Notes: a model not told the origin generated them from the sequence alone. Shown: positions 34,268 to 45,655, numbered from the stretch's first letter. The stretch is 64,000 nt of DNA from Microcystaceae cyanobacterium (GCA_041746575.1 JBGTGT010000133.1:42848-106847), one strand, 5' to 3'. Numbers and translations: made by a program.

Positions 34268-34798
34268 TTAAGCTAATCGTTTACGTAAGGATTCAGAACG
34301 TTCTTTGGCAATTTTGTTATTCGGTTCAACGGTTAAACTTTCCTCGTAGGTTTCTATGGCTTTTGTGGTTAATTGTTTTTTCTCATAAACATTCGCTAAG
34401 TTATTCAGAGCAACAACATATTCAGGATAAAGTTTAATGGCCTCTTTATAGTTACGAATCGCCAGATCATATTGTTCCTGTGCAAAATAAGCAAAACCCA
34501 GTGCATTGTAAATGAGAGCTTGATTTTCAGGTTCAATTTTCTTGGCACTTTTTAAAGCTTTATTGAATAAATTGACCGCTTGAACATATAATTTTTTGTC
34601 AACGTAAAGACTGGCCAATTCATAGTATTCGTGCGCTGTTCCTTGCTCATCTTTTAATTTCTTTTGTAAACGAGAAAATCGGCCTTCTGTTTGACGCGTT
34701 TTCCAGATTTGACGCAGAATAAAAAGGGCTGAACTTCCTAAAATAATGATTAAGATGGAAAAATAAACAAGAGGTAAAGTTTCACTATCCATATTCAA
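34268..34798 (-). CDS. ycf37: Ycf37-like TPR protein
   Basis: N-terminal TM helix plus TPRs (IYNALGFAYF, ALNNLANVY). Confidence 0.8.
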   Translation of the reverse strand: MNMDSETLPLVYFSILIIILGSSALFILRQIWKTRQTEGRFSRLQKKLKDEQGTAHEYYELASLYVDKKLYVQAVNLFNKALKSAKKIEPENQALIYNALGFAYFAQEQYDLAIRNYKEAIKLYPEYVVALNNLANVYEKKQLTTKAIETYEESLTVEPNNKIAKERSESLRKRLA

Positions 34799-34847
34799 AT
34801 GATGTCAAAATAAGATAAAAATTGAGCAAGATAAGGTTCACGGTTAA

Positions 34848-35606
34848 TTATACCATTAAGGGCTTAATTCCGCCAAAGAGAGCGATTTCAAAAATTTTCA
34901 TAAAGCAGTCAACATCCTGAAAACCAATCTCTCTGAGCCACTGACATTGATGTTCGACGAGAGTCAAGATATTAGCCATTTTGTCGGCTCGATTGTAATA
35001 CTGATGATCAATTTCTGCTCTACTTTGCTGAGATCCGTGTTGCTGATGAAACTGATACAGAGAATCGACAAATAATTGGTCAAAGGCTCTTTCCCCTAAA
35101 GCACTACAGGATGAAACGTGTTCTAAGTTAAGAAAAATGCCACCGGGTTTGAGTAAACCGTAAATCGTTTGATAGATAGATTTTTTTTGAGCATTGGGTT
35201 GATGATGAATAGCAAAACCAGACACAATGACGTCAAATTTTTCAGGATTACCAAGACTGTTAAACCATCCTGACTGACTAAAATCTGAGACGATTAATTG
35301 GGATTGTTGCCGATAGTCTTTTAAGTTTTCTCGAGCAGACGCAATCATGGTTTCTGAAATATCTAGAAAATATCCTTTAGCACTGGGATAAGCCTGATAG
35401 ATTGCCTGTCCTAAAACGCCGTTGCCACATCCTAAGTCTAAAAATTCATTGACTTGTTTTTGTGTTAACTTAATTAACCGTAAAATCACATCAATTTGTT
35501 CAGCCGCTAGAGGAATTGCCCCTCGAACTCCCCTTAAAAAAGTCTGAGCAAGTTCTGCGCTTTGCCAAACTTTGTACGCTTTCTCTTGGCTCGATTGCTG
35601 TTGCAT
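34848..35606 (-). CDS. Class I SAM-dependent methyltransferase
   Basis: LDLGCGNG, SGFAIHH, LKPGG. Confidence 0.9.
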   Translation of the reverse strand: MQQQSSQEKAYKVWQSAELAQTFLRGVRGAIPLAAEQIDVILRLIKLTQKQVNEFLDLGCGNGVLGQAIYQAYPSAKGYFLDISETMIASARENLKDYRQQSQLIVSDFSQSGWFNSLGNPEKFDVIVSGFAIHHQPNAQKKSIYQTIYGLLKPGGIFLNLEHVSSCSALGERAFDQLFVDSLYQFHQQHGSQQSRAEIDHQYYNRADKMANILTLVEHQCQWLREIGFQDVDCFMKIFEIALFGGIKPLMV

Positions 35607-35731
35607 AGAATTTGAAAAATTAACTAAGAATTTGTTTTTTTCCTAAAAATAGGCTACGATTAAAGAATTGAATAGTAAACTGGCCATGCCATGACCGTTA
35701 TTAGTCACTATTCCTTCTACTCTACACAACA

Positions 35732-37492
35732 ATGCTGGCGAACTTCCCTAATCTTAACAGCTATTGGGCTTATCTGATCATCGAAGAATTTATCCGACTT
35801 GACCGAGATTATTTTATTCTTTCCCCCGGTTCTCGTTGTACACCCTTAACGGTAGCTGTTGCTAATCATCCAAAAGCCAGAAAAATTATTGTTTATGATG
35901 AACGTTCGGCCGCTTTTCACGCTTTAGGTTATGCTCACGCCACAGGGAAGTCCGCTATTTTAATTTGTACCTCAGGGACTGCCGCCGCCAATTATTACCC
36001 TGCTGTCATTGAAGCCACATCGAATCATCTTCCCCTAATTATTTTATCAGCCGATCGCCCTCCCGAATTACAACAAACAGGTGCCAATCAAACCATCAAA
36101 CAAGACCATCTTTATGGACAGTATATCAAGCATTTTTTCAACTTGCCCTGCCCCACTCAAAACATTGTCCCCTCTATGGTCTTAACGACGATTGACCAAG
36201 CCGTTTATCAAAATACCAAAGGAGTAGTGCATCTTAATTGTCACTTTCGAGAACCCCTAGCCCCGACGCCGCAGAAAATAGACCTAGATTATTTCAACCT
36301 TCTTCAACATTGGCAGAATTCGGGTCAACCTTATACTCAATATTCATCTTCGATTGTTTTACCTCAAGATATCCATTTAAGCAAAATTGCCAATATTCTT
36401 AATCAAACTCAATCTGGAATTTTAGCAATTGGCCATTTACGAAATTTTCAAACGCAAGAAGCAATTCTTGAACTTGCTCAACACTTAAACTGGCCAATTT
36501 TTGCTGATATTCAATCAGGTTTAAGGCTTAATTCAGGTATTCCTCAACTAATTTTCTATTTCGATCAAATTTTATGCCAAGATAACTTTACAGAAATTTA
36601 TTCAATTGAAACCGTCCTCCAAATCGGCGATCGCATTATATCCCAACGCTTCAATCAATGGTTAAAAAAAGCGAATCTTAAACACTATATAGTGGTCACA
36701 AACAATGCTGAACGCCATGATGCTGAACACATTGTATCCTATAAAATTGAAAGTCATATTTCCTCATTTTGTCAGATTTTGACTCAGAAATTACTTCCTA
36801 AAAAAGACAATAGAATTTGCCAAAAACTCCAGCAACAATCTCAAGAAATTACCCCAGTAATCAATGACTTTATATTACAAAATAAGACGATTAATGAACC
36901 TGCAATTGCTCACTTAATTTCCCGTTATATCCCTCAACATCATGGTTTATTTTTAGCCAATAGTATGGCGGTTCGAGAAATGGATATGTACGGTATTGGC
37001 AAGCGATATCCGATTAAAATTGCGGCCAATCGAGGAACAAGTGGTATTGAAGGCACAATTGCTTCTGCTACTGGCTTTTTAACCGGATTGAAACAACCTG
37101 TCACCTTGCTCATTGGGGATCTTGCCTTGCTGCATGACCTTAATTCTCTATCCTTGTTGACCTCCCTAGCCCATCCGTTAACGATTGTTTTAATTAATAA
37201 TGACGGAGGAGGTATTTTTTCTTTTCTACCGATTGCCGAATTTTCAGAGATTTTTGAGCCATATTTTGGTACCCCTCACGGTCACCAATTTCGTTCTGCT
37301 GCTGAATTATTTAATCTTAATTATTATCAACCTCAAACGATACAGGAATTTATTGATATTTATACCTTAGGGGTTCAACACGATCAACCCAGTTTAATCG
37401 AAGTCATAACCCACCGAGATACAAATTATCAACTTCATCAACAACTGCAAAGAAAAATTCAAGAAACTTTAACTCAAAAAGATTTAATTTGA
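35732..37492 (+). CDS. menD: SEPHCHC synthase
   Basis: SPGSR, DERSAAF, TSGTA, ADRPPEL, NRGTSGI, GDLALLHD, NNDGGGIF. Confidence 0.95.
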   Translation: MLANFPNLNSYWAYLIIEEFIRLDRDYFILSPGSRCTPLTVAVANHPKARKIIVYDERSAAFHALGYAHATGKSAILICTSGTAAANYYPAVIEATSNHLPLIILSADRPPELQQTGANQTIKQDHLYGQYIKHFFNLPCPTQNIVPSMVLTTIDQAVYQNTKGVVHLNCHFREPLAPTPQKIDLDYFNLLQHWQNSGQPYTQYSSSIVLPQDIHLSKIANILNQTQSGILAIGHLRNFQTQEAILELAQHLNWPIFADIQSGLRLNSGIPQLIFYFDQILCQDNFTEIYSIETVLQIGDRIISQRFNQWLKKANLKHYIVVTNNAERHDAEHIVSYKIESHISSFCQILTQKLLPKKDNRICQKLQQQSQEITPVINDFILQNKTINEPAIAHLISRYIPQHHGLFLANSMAVREMDMYGIGKRYPIKIAANRGTSGIEGTIASATGFLTGLKQPVTLLIGDLALLHDLNSLSLLTSLAHPLTIVLINNDGGGIFSFLPIAEFSEIFEPYFGTPHGHQFRSAAELFNLNYYQPQTIQEFIDIYTLGVQHDQPSLIEVITHRDTNYQLHQQLQRKIQETLTQKDLI

Positions 37493-37587
37493 ATTTGGCA
37501 AAAAAATCGGGCAAGAGTTAGGGAACAAGAAAAATGATTAACGATAAATTAGGAAACGCCTGACTCCTTTTCTTATTCGATAATTGT

Positions 37588-37794
37588 TTAGCTTTGATGA
37601 CAAAGACGACGGAAATAATCACCATAAAGACGTTCTTCAAAGGGACGGTCTTCTAGAAAACAACATAACCATAACGCTTCCCCCCGACTGGTCGGATAAG
37701 TCATCTGAGCCGAAATGGCAGAAGGTTGTAATCTGACTTGAAGATTCGCTTGATTTTCCCTAATTAAATTCCAGTAAGTCACTTCTACACTCAT
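37588..37794 (-). CDS. Small hypothetical protein (68 aa)
   Basis: AGGAG RBS before ATG at 37794. Confidence 0.55.
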   Translation of the reverse strand: MSVEVTYWNLIRENQANLQVRLQPSAISAQMTYPTSRGEALWLCCFLEDRPFEERLYGDYFRRLCHQS

Positions 37795-38112
37795 ACAATA
37801 ATCTCCTCTTAACCCGTACATATAATTTGATTAGCAGGACTAAACGCTGATATACTTTTTCGATGTTAAACAATAAGACTCATTCTCCTTTAGCTGTAAT
37901 CTAGCTCTATTAATATCTAACATTAATAGACAAATTTATCTATCATTGGGTTCAGATTTGTAACGAAGATTGAAGAATAATCAACAAAATTAATTTTTCT
38001 CTCTATAGACAGAGGCTAAGAAAGGGTTTGATTATCACTCATAAAATGTGAGGAAATGCTAACTTTCAGAAAAATGCTAGGCAATAGTTTTAAAGTCATT
38101 AAAACTTGACAT

Positions 38113-38793
38113 TTAGCGTCTATCAGAATTCACCCAAAACGCTTTAATTCCGCTACGGGTTGCGCCTTCATAATCATCCGTTTGGCTATCACCAATATGC
38201 CATGCTTGAGAGGGAAGACAATGATGTTTAGCTAAAGCCAGTTGAAAGATTTGTGGGTTAGGTTTAGCCACCCCTGCATAAGAAGAAAGCGTAATACTTT
38301 CAAAAAAATGAGCAATTTTTAAACCTTGTAAAACAGTCATCAAGCGACTATCAAAATTAGAGATAACACCTAAACGAATACCTTGACGTTGCCAAAAGGT
38401 CAAAGCAGGAATAACATCAGAATAAATAAACCAAGGTTGAACCGTGGCGAAATGATCATAAAGGGTATTAAAAAAGTCTGAAAAATTGGCAAACTGTTGT
38501 AAAACGTCTGTCTTCATAAACGTTTGTTGAGCAATCTTTAACCACCATTGCTTTTCAAGGGAGGGAATTTCCGACGCAGGAGACATCGGAAAAGCTAAAG
38601 ATGTTGTTTCTTTAAAGCTCCGCAAAAAAGCTTGGTTTAAACCTTGATAATCGGTTTTTACGCCATACTGCTCGGCTAATTTGCCATAAACTTCTCCGAC
38701 AGAACTTTTTAGACCGAAAAGTGTCCCCATCGCGTCTAAAAAAATCACCTTAGGTAAGGTTTTTTCCGTTTCAATAATCTGTTGTAAATTCAT
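38113..38793 (-). CDS. HAD-IA hydrolase
   Basis: FLDAMGTL, ISNFDSR, KP, HIGDS. Confidence 0.9.
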   Translation of the reverse strand: MNLQQIIETEKTLPKVIFLDAMGTLFGLKSSVGEVYGKLAEQYGVKTDYQGLNQAFLRSFKETTSLAFPMSPASEIPSLEKQWWLKIAQQTFMKTDVLQQFANFSDFFNTLYDHFATVQPWFIYSDVIPALTFWQRQGIRLGVISNFDSRLMTVLQGLKIAHFFESITLSSYAGVAKPNPQIFQLALAKHHCLPSQAWHIGDSQTDDYEGATRSGIKAFWVNSDRR

Positions 38794-38857
38794 CGTTTAC
38801 AGTGCGCTATCAAAAAACACCCTCATTAATTTCTGTCTCAGTAATCATGATCAAATC

Positions 38858-39793
38858 CTAACGAATAAACCCCATTAAGTCTTCCGTTCGCCATTCTAAC
38901 GTATCTCCTAGCATCTTTCCATTGTGATAAGCCGCCAACAGGATTTCTGCTGTTTTTCCCCACGAAATGACCCCATTTTTATCTAAGGCAATCACCCCAA
39001 AATCTCGTTTATTCATTTTCCCTTCCTGCATCGACTTTTCCATCGCTTCCGGCAAACTGAATCCATCCGTCACCCGAATCACAATTTTCGACGCTAAACA
39101 TTCATCAATAATATCCTCCCCAATCCCCGTACAACTCGCTCCTGCACTTGAATTCGCATAATTTCCAGCAGGTATTGCTGAATCACTGACTCTACCGATT
39201 CTTTCTAGTCCTTTTCCTCCCGTAGATGTTCCTGCGGCAATATTACCTTGACTATCTAAGGCAATCACCCCGATGGTTCCCCGTCGGTCTTCCTCCTCGT
39301 CGATATTAGCGTAAAGGGTAGCCATTTTCCGTTGAAAATTGTCTTTTCGCTCCTCCATCCATTCTTGAATGCGAAAATCAATCAAAGGATCATAACAGGG
39401 AATTTGTAACTCTCGCGCTAATTCCAAAGACCCCACATCCGATAAAATGCGGTCAGTTTCTGATTGTAGGTGCTTAGCCATAAAAATCGGATTTTTGACC
39501 CTTGCTGTATTAATAACGCCACTAAAACGTTGCTTTGTGCCATCCATTAAGGAAGCACTCATTCGCACTTGACCATCCGATTGTACCACCGATCCCGTTC
39601 CTGCATTAAAACGGGGTTCATCCTCTAATAATTGACATCCTAAAACCACCGTCTCTACAGCTGTCCCCCCTCGTTCTAAGAATTGGTAAGTTTGTTTAAC
39701 GATGACGTGTAACGATTCTCGTACCGACTGTAATCCCCCCTTATCGTCAAGGGAACTCGCACCACCATGAATAATCAGTTTAGGGGTCATCAT
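38858..39793 (-). CDS. Isoaspartyl peptidase / L-asparaginase (Ntn hydrolase)
   Basis: IIHGGA, FNAGTG, GTIG, TSTGG, GRVSDS. Confidence 0.92.
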   Translation of the reverse strand: MMTPKLIIHGGASSLDDKGGLQSVRESLHVIVKQTYQFLERGGTAVETVVLGCQLLEDEPRFNAGTGSVVQSDGQVRMSASLMDGTKQRFSGVINTARVKNPIFMAKHLQSETDRILSDVGSLELARELQIPCYDPLIDFRIQEWMEERKDNFQRKMATLYANIDEEEDRRGTIGVIALDSQGNIAAGTSTGGKGLERIGRVSDSAIPAGNYANSSAGASCTGIGEDIIDECLASKIVIRVTDGFSLPEAMEKSMQEGKMNKRDFGVIALDKNGVISWGKTAEILLAAYHNGKMLGDTLEWRTEDLMGFIR

Positions 39794-39943
39794 TGCTCAA
39801 AAATAGACTGTTTAGAATAAACCATATTCATATATAACATCAAAGGGCAGAGAGGGGGATAGCAGAAACAGGTCACTTTAACCCCTTTGAATCCGAACTC
39901 AGGTTAGAATTGTTTTAAGAAATATTAATAATAGGAGATTTTT

Positions 39944-40993
39944 GTGGCTCTTTATGCAGACTTACATCGACACCTCGGTGGCTCAGTTGTTCCCCGCATT
40001 CTATGGCGTTATTTTCAACGTCATGACGATTTAATGTGCCAAAAATTTCCCCAATATGCCAAATTTGAAGACTTTTATACCCGTGAGCGTCATTCTCTTG
40101 ACGAATACTTAGAATTACATACCTTAGTGGAGAGTGTGCAAACCGCGCAAACCTTACCCTATTTTATCTATCGTTTAATTCGCGGTGCTTATATTTTTGA
40201 AAATCTAGCATACCTAGAATTGCGTTATACTCCCTATTATCGAACTGATGACACCTTAGCACAGGCAGAACGCATCAGTCAGATGACAGATATTGTCAGA
40301 ATTGTCGGTAAAGCTAGCCAAGTTCCCGAATATCCTATTATTGTCAGCCAAATTCTCTGTATGCACTCCCGCCTTCCCTATGAAGTCAACAAGGCAATTG
40401 TGGATTTAGCGGCGACGATGGGAGATTATGTGTCAGGGATTGATATTGCTGGAGGAGATTCCCATTATCAAGACCGATTAGCGGAATTTAGCCAATTATA
40501 TCGTTATGCGCGATCGCTAGGTCTAAAAACGACAGGACACCTTTATGAAACTGAAAACGGCTGTTATCCCGAGTTAATCCCCTATTTAATGCGGATTGGC
40601 CATGGAATTCAAATTCCCTTAAAGTATCCTGAACTATTACCTGAAATTGCTCGTAATGGTCAATGTTTAGAAGTGTGTCCGACCACTTATTTAAAAACAG
40701 GAACGTTACAGGATTTAAAAGTCTTAAAAGTTGTTTTTGATCGCTGTTTTGAAGCAGGAGTTGATATTGCCATTTGTACCGATAATGCTGGCTTACATAA
40801 CGTTCGTCTTCCCTTTGAATATGAAAACCTCTTGACTCATGATATTATTGATTTTACTCAATTAGAAGCGTGTCAAGATGCCGCTTTTCGCCATGCCTTT
40901 GCTTGGCCCTATGGACAACGACCTGCCTATTTATTAACGAACCTACTTCAGCAACCTGCTCAAAAATTAGAGATCGAAGATTGTAAATTGTAG
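39944..40993 (+). CDS. Adenosine deaminase family protein
   Basis: DLHRHLGGS, RIGHG, EVCPT, CTDN. Confidence 0.9.
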   Translation: MALYADLHRHLGGSVVPRILWRYFQRHDDLMCQKFPQYAKFEDFYTRERHSLDEYLELHTLVESVQTAQTLPYFIYRLIRGAYIFENLAYLELRYTPYYRTDDTLAQAERISQMTDIVRIVGKASQVPEYPIIVSQILCMHSRLPYEVNKAIVDLAATMGDYVSGIDIAGGDSHYQDRLAEFSQLYRYARSLGLKTTGHLYETENGCYPELIPYLMRIGHGIQIPLKYPELLPEIARNGQCLEVCPTTYLKTGTLQDLKVLKVVFDRCFEAGVDIAICTDNAGLHNVRLPFEYENLLTHDIIDFTQLEACQDAAFRHAFAWPYGQRPAYLLTNLLQQPAQKLEIEDCKL

Positions 40994-41045
40994 ATTTATA
41001 GTTGCCTTCATTTTAAACTAACTTACCCCTACTAATTAAAACAAA

Positions 41046-42401
41046 ATGCCAGAATGGAAACAGGGAGAATTAATCGAACTTGAAATCACCGATGTCAGTC
41101 ACTCAGGGGATGGCGTTGGACGTTTTCAAGAACGAGTCGTTTTTGTGCCAAATACAGTCACTGGCGACCATATAAGCGCGCGTTTAGTGCATCTCAAAAA
41201 AGACTTAGGTTATGGTCAAACTCAAGAGATTCTTTCCCCCTCTCCCCATCGCATTCGTCCTCGTTGTCTGGTGTCCGATAAATGTGGAGGGTGTCAATGG
41301 CAACATATTAGTGACGATTATCAAAAAGAGCTTAAAGTTGCTCATATTTATAACACGTTACAAAAAATTGGCGGATTTTCCCAGATTCCTATCTCCCCGA
41401 TTCTGTCCCTTGATTCCTTAGCCTATCGTAACAAGGTCACCTATCCTTTAGAGCGTTCTTCCACTGGACAAGTCAAAGCCGGTTACTATCGTCGACAAAC
41501 CCATCAAATTGTCAATCTTAATCAATGTCCCGTACAGGATTCTCGCTTAAATCCCCTCTTAACGGAAATAAAACAGGACATTCAAAATAGAGGCTGGTCG
41601 ATTTACCAAGAAAAACGCCACCAAGGCAAATTACGTCATCTTTCCTTTAGAATCGGTCGTCATACCGGAGAAATATTACTCACTCTTGTCAGTACCGATG
41701 CTAACCTACCAAATCTTAAGGAACAGGCTGAAACTTGGCTAAAACGTTATCCAAACTTAGTGGGAGTGGCAATTAACGTCAACTCTCGTCAAAATAATCT
41801 TATTTTTGGACAAGAAACCTCGATTGTGGTAGGAAAAGGTGATATCAAAGAAAAATTTGCCGATTTAGACTTATATCTCGCCTCTAATACCTTTTTTCAA
41901 GTCAATACCGAAACTGCCGAAGCCTTACTACAAACGATTCTACCGTGGTTGAATTTACAAGGAACAGAAACCCTGATTGATGCTTATTGCGGCATTGGCA
42001 CCTTTACCCTTCCTCTTGCCAAACGGCTAAAATACGCCTATGGTATCGAATTCCATGATGAATCTATCAAAAAAGCCGAATTTAACGCCAAAATTAATCA
42101 CATTAACAATATTGAATTTATGAAAGGCAATGTAGAAGCGATTCTTCCCCAATTAGCCATTCACCCCGACCTTATTTTACTCGACCCCCCCCGTAAAGGA
42201 TGCCATCCGGCCGTCATTACCGCCCTACGAAACATTTTGCCCCCCAAACTTATCTACATTAGTTGTCAGCCGGCAACTTTAGCTAGAGATTTAAAGCTTT
42301 TGTGTCAAAACGAGTGCTACCAACTTTCAAAAGTGCAACCTGCTGATTTTTTCCCCCAAACTCCTCACGTTGAGTGCGCTGTCCTTCTCGAAAAAAGATA
42401 G
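41046..42401 (+). CDS. rlmD: 23S rRNA m5U1939 methyltransferase
   Basis: TRAM domain, CGGCQWQH, FFQVN, DAYCGIG, DPPRKG, FPQTPHVE. Confidence 0.93.
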   Translation: MPEWKQGELIELEITDVSHSGDGVGRFQERVVFVPNTVTGDHISARLVHLKKDLGYGQTQEILSPSPHRIRPRCLVSDKCGGCQWQHISDDYQKELKVAHIYNTLQKIGGFSQIPISPILSLDSLAYRNKVTYPLERSSTGQVKAGYYRRQTHQIVNLNQCPVQDSRLNPLLTEIKQDIQNRGWSIYQEKRHQGKLRHLSFRIGRHTGEILLTLVSTDANLPNLKEQAETWLKRYPNLVGVAINVNSRQNNLIFGQETSIVVGKGDIKEKFADLDLYLASNTFFQVNTETAEALLQTILPWLNLQGTETLIDAYCGIGTFTLPLAKRLKYAYGIEFHDESIKKAEFNAKINHINNIEFMKGNVEAILPQLAIHPDLILLDPPRKGCHPAVITALRNILPPKLIYISCQPATLARDLKLLCQNECYQLSKVQPADFFPQTPHVECAVLLEKR

Positions 42402-42777
42402 AAAATCTGCTATATTGGAAGTAGATTGTTATATTAAGATTCCTGTTTGCTCACTAACCTAATCCCTTGATACAGCGCAAAACGTTATTCCAGTCAATCA
42501 TTCGTAGGTTAGATCTATTCTTTTTTAATTTGTTTTTTCAGCACATCCTTAACGCCTATATTCCAAGGGTAAGCCCTTTTAAAAGGGACATTTTCTTTAT
42601 TTAAACCCTTAAAATTCCGATTGATTGTTTCTTAATTTTTCCTAGAACTTGATCAAGCCAATGACAAAAAACAGCTAACCCTCAAATTGCCCCGATGCTT
42701 CCCACTGAATTTGAATTCTTAATTTGACTTTTTTCCTTTCCATCTAAGTCTCGATAAACTCCGATAGAGGTACGTTC

Positions 42778-43200
42778 ATGATAGCTATTTCCCTTCCGAC
42801 AGTGAAAAGATGTTGGCGCACCATGAGCTTCACTTCAACATTGTATCTCTGCCCAATTCTCGAATTACTAATTGCAGACATTCCCGATGAAATAAAACCT
42901 GAAATTAATTTAGGACTGCAAGAAGCACTGGTGAACGCCGCTAAACATGGAAATAGCCTAAATCCCGATAAAACTATTATCATTCACTACTCTGCTACTG
43001 CGAACGAATATTCTTGGGTTATCTCTGACCAAGGTGCCGGTTTTTCTCCCTGTTGTAACTATTCAGACACCCCCGATCAGCAATTAGCGGTCGAAAATGC
43101 AGAAAATGGGAGAGGCTTATGGATTCTTCATCAAATTTTTGACCAAGTTCACTGGAATGCCCAGGGCAATCAGCTAAAACTGTGCAAAACCGTCAAATAA
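42778..43200 (+). CDS. pmgA: RsbW-like ATP-binding regulator PmgA
   Basis: STLYLCPIL, LQEALVNAAKHGN, GRGL; follows rlmD. Confidence 0.85.
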   Translation: MIAISLPTVKRCWRTMSFTSTLYLCPILELLIADIPDEIKPEINLGLQEALVNAAKHGNSLNPDKTIIIHYSATANEYSWVISDQGAGFSPCCNYSDTPDQQLAVENAENGRGLWILHQIFDQVHWNAQGNQLKLCKTVK

Positions 43201-43230
43201 AAATTCTAGGTGAGGGAATGATAGATTAAG

Positions 43231-43545
43231 CTAGCGGTTTCCATGACCGTGGGAAGGGCAAGGTAAAGGAGAAATAGAGCGATCTAGCCACCCCGTTGCT
43301 TGCTTAAGGTGAATCAACGCCTCTTCAGGTTGATCTTTCAATAAAAACACCAATGCCGCCCCCATATGCTGTCCTGCTTGAGCCTGACGGTTAGCCTTGA
43401 GGCGATGCCAATCTTGAGGTGAAATACTGAGGCGATGGGCGAGAATTTGAGCGATTTCAAGATCAGACAGGGATTCTAAGGCAGAAGAGGAGGAAGATAA
43501 AATAGGTTGATTCATTGAAATGTCGTTTAGCCAATTTTCTATCAT
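43231..43545 (-). CDS. Conserved cyanobacterial hypothetical protein
   Basis: DWHRLKANR...GWLDRSISPLPCPSHG. Confidence 0.8.
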   Translation of the reverse strand: MIENWLNDISMNQPILSSSSSALESLSDLEIAQILAHRLSISPQDWHRLKANRQAQAGQHMGAALVFLLKDQPEEALIHLKQATGWLDRSISPLPCPSHGHGNR

Positions 43546-43614
43546 GTTAACTTAGTTAACCTCAGTTCGAGGAGAAATTTTTGGACCCTTCTTTCCTTCT
43601 CGTCAGAGACAAAC

Positions 43615-43637
43615 AAAAAAAGGTGGGCAACCCACCT
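43615..43637 (-). terminator. Terminator downstream of petG
   Basis: AGGTGGG/CCCACCT stem followed by a T run on the minus strand. Confidence 0.75.
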
Positions 43638-43689
43638 CGCGTAATTTGGCAAAAAGAAGCATTTTTATGCAAAAGGTCAATTAGAACAC

Positions 43690-43806
43690 TTAATCTAATC
43701 CAAGTTGCTTACCTCGTTTGTACTGCATATAGGCAGCAAAAAACAATCCTGCTATGGTAATAAAAATTAAACCGAGGACAATTCCGAGTAATAACGGTTC
43801 AATCAC
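43690..43806 (-). CDS. petG: Cytochrome b6f subunit V (missing from ORF track)
   Basis: GTG start with [46 protein letters not shown]. Confidence 0.95.
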   Translation of the reverse strand: MIEPLLLGIVLGLIFITIAGLFFAAYMQYKRGKQLGLD

Positions 43807-43982
43807 AGTGACGCTCCTTCGTGTTGGCTTTAATATGGCTCAAGATTATCCTACTTTACCAAGTCCTGCCCCTAAAGGAAATTGCTAAATGCGTCCCGCT
43901 CGTTAAAGAAAGTTTAAATCGTTAGGATTTTCTGACCAAAATATTGCAAAATGTAAAGTGAAATCCAAAATTCTCAAAGACG

Positions 43983-44357
43983 GTGAATAACCCAGTCGCA
44001 CAACCCAAAGATATCTTTCCGTCAGTTCTGCTGGCTCTTGTGATGATGGCGGCGACATTGCTGATGCTGTTGTTTAGTTTTTATGTCTATAAGGGGAATG
44101 ATCCCTATATTCAATCCGTTTTATCCATTCAAGGCGATCGCCAACGCGGCCATGAAATTTTTGAGATTAATTGTGCGGCCTGTCATGGACAGGAAGCCAA
44201 TGGCAATGTGGGACCCGGTCTCCATGATATTTCAAGAAGAAGGTCTAAAAATGGCTTAATTCACCAAGTAACCAGTGGCAAAACCCCACCGATGCCCAAA
44301 TTTCAACCAAACACTCAAGAGATGGCAGATTTACTTAGTTATTTAGAAAATCTTTGA
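43983..44357 (+). CDS. cytM: Cytochrome cM
   Basis: TM helix, NCAACHG, GKTPPMPKFQP. Confidence 0.9.
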   Translation: MNNPVAQPKDIFPSVLLALVMMAATLLMLLFSFYVYKGNDPYIQSVLSIQGDRQRGHEIFEINCAACHGQEANGNVGPGLHDISRRRSKNGLIHQVTSGKTPPMPKFQPNTQEMADLLSYLENL

Positions 44358-44395
44358 GAGCGACCTATCAGCCGTTACTTGCCTATCTCCTCCCG

Positions 44396-45655
44396 TTAAG
44401 AATGACACTGTGCAGAGGGAAAGGGCGATAGTTTTTTTAAGGCGGCTAGTGCGTGTAATTGAACAGAACGCTGAGAATCTTGTGCTAATTCCGATAGACA
44501 GTCGAAGGCAGTAAATTGACCCAATTCTCCCAAGGCAAAAGCGATCGCTTGTTTCAAGGAAGGAGAAGTGCTGTTTTTTTGACTGGAAAGCAGAAAATCG
44601 ATTAAAATGTGGCTAGATTTAGCTTTCAATGCTGGAACTGTTAACCGACCTAAGACCCGAACAATTTCTTGGCAGATTACCTCATCGCTCCACCGTAGCC
44701 CTTCTTCAAGATAGTCGAGCGTTTGAGCCGTATTAATCCAATGGAATGCCCTTACAACGTCCAATTTAAGCATAATTGGGGTTGCTGGAGACTTTAAGAG
44801 GGGAAAAAGGAGTTCGGCGGCGTCATTCGTGCCAATTCTTGCCAACGCTAAAATGGTTTGCTGACTGACGGCTAAACTCACATCATAAAGAAGCGGTTTG
44901 AGGAGATTAAGCAAGTCTAACGTTGACTCTTGGGGACAAGATTCCGTAGCCAATGTCAGAGCAATCACCACTTCTTTGCGGACAATAGCAGCCGGGTCGA
45001 TTAATTTGTGACGTAAAATTTCTAAAATTTCAGGATCTCGAAAACTGCCTAACGCTTCAATGGCTGTCACCCGAATTTCAGGGGAAGGGTCATCAACCAC
45101 ATTAACCAGATAGGGAATAATCTGACGGTGGCGAATGTGAGCAAGGGCTTTAACCGCCCAAAAACGGTATTCTGCCTGATCTAGGAGATTTCCCAAGGAT
45201 TCAATTGCAGAAAGTCCAATATGAGCTAAAGCTTCCAAGGTGAGGCTGATTAATTCTTCTTCTTTGGTTTGATGAAGGAATTTAACAAGAATCAAAATAC
45301 TCTCTGCTCTATCAAATTGACCGAGAAGACGAATAATAAACCAACGACTTTCAAAATCCGTCGTTTCTGCGATTAAGTATTCACTTAAGACGGCAATTCC
45401 TTGGTCACCTAATTTTGGATAAAATTTGATTATTTCCCACTTTGTGGCAAAATCTCCCTTGAGCAAAGTTTCAAGGGCTATTATTTGGGTTTTATGCCAT
45501 TCTTTGTTAGTTAAATCCCAAAGATCCCGATTTTCTTTTTGAGTTGGTAAGGTTTGTAAAATCCGAAATACACAAGTCCAGTCTGATTGTTGGGTTGCCG
45601 CGATCGCTTGATCAAGATTAGAAGTCATGGTGATTTGTGTAGAGCGTATCGTCAA
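44396..45655 (-). CDS. HEAT-repeat protein
   Basis: Repeated AL.xxG and D..VR motifs. Confidence 0.88.
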   Translation of the reverse strand: MTIRSTQITMTSNLDQAIAATQQSDWTCVFRILQTLPTQKENRDLWDLTNKEWHKTQIIALETLLKGDFATKWEIIKFYPKLGDQGIAVLSEYLIAETTDFESRWFIIRLLGQFDRAESILILVKFLHQTKEEELISLTLEALAHIGLSAIESLGNLLDQAEYRFWAVKALAHIRHRQIIPYLVNVVDDPSPEIRVTAIEALGSFRDPEILEILRHKLIDPAAIVRKEVVIALTLATESCPQESTLDLLNLLKPLLYDVSLAVSQQTILALARIGTNDAAELLFPLLKSPATPIMLKLDVVRAFHWINTAQTLDYLEEGLRWSDEVICQEIVRVLGRLTVPALKAKSSHILIDFLLSSQKNSTSPSLKQAIAFALGELGQFTAFDCLSELAQDSQRSVQLHALAALKKLSPFPSAQCHS

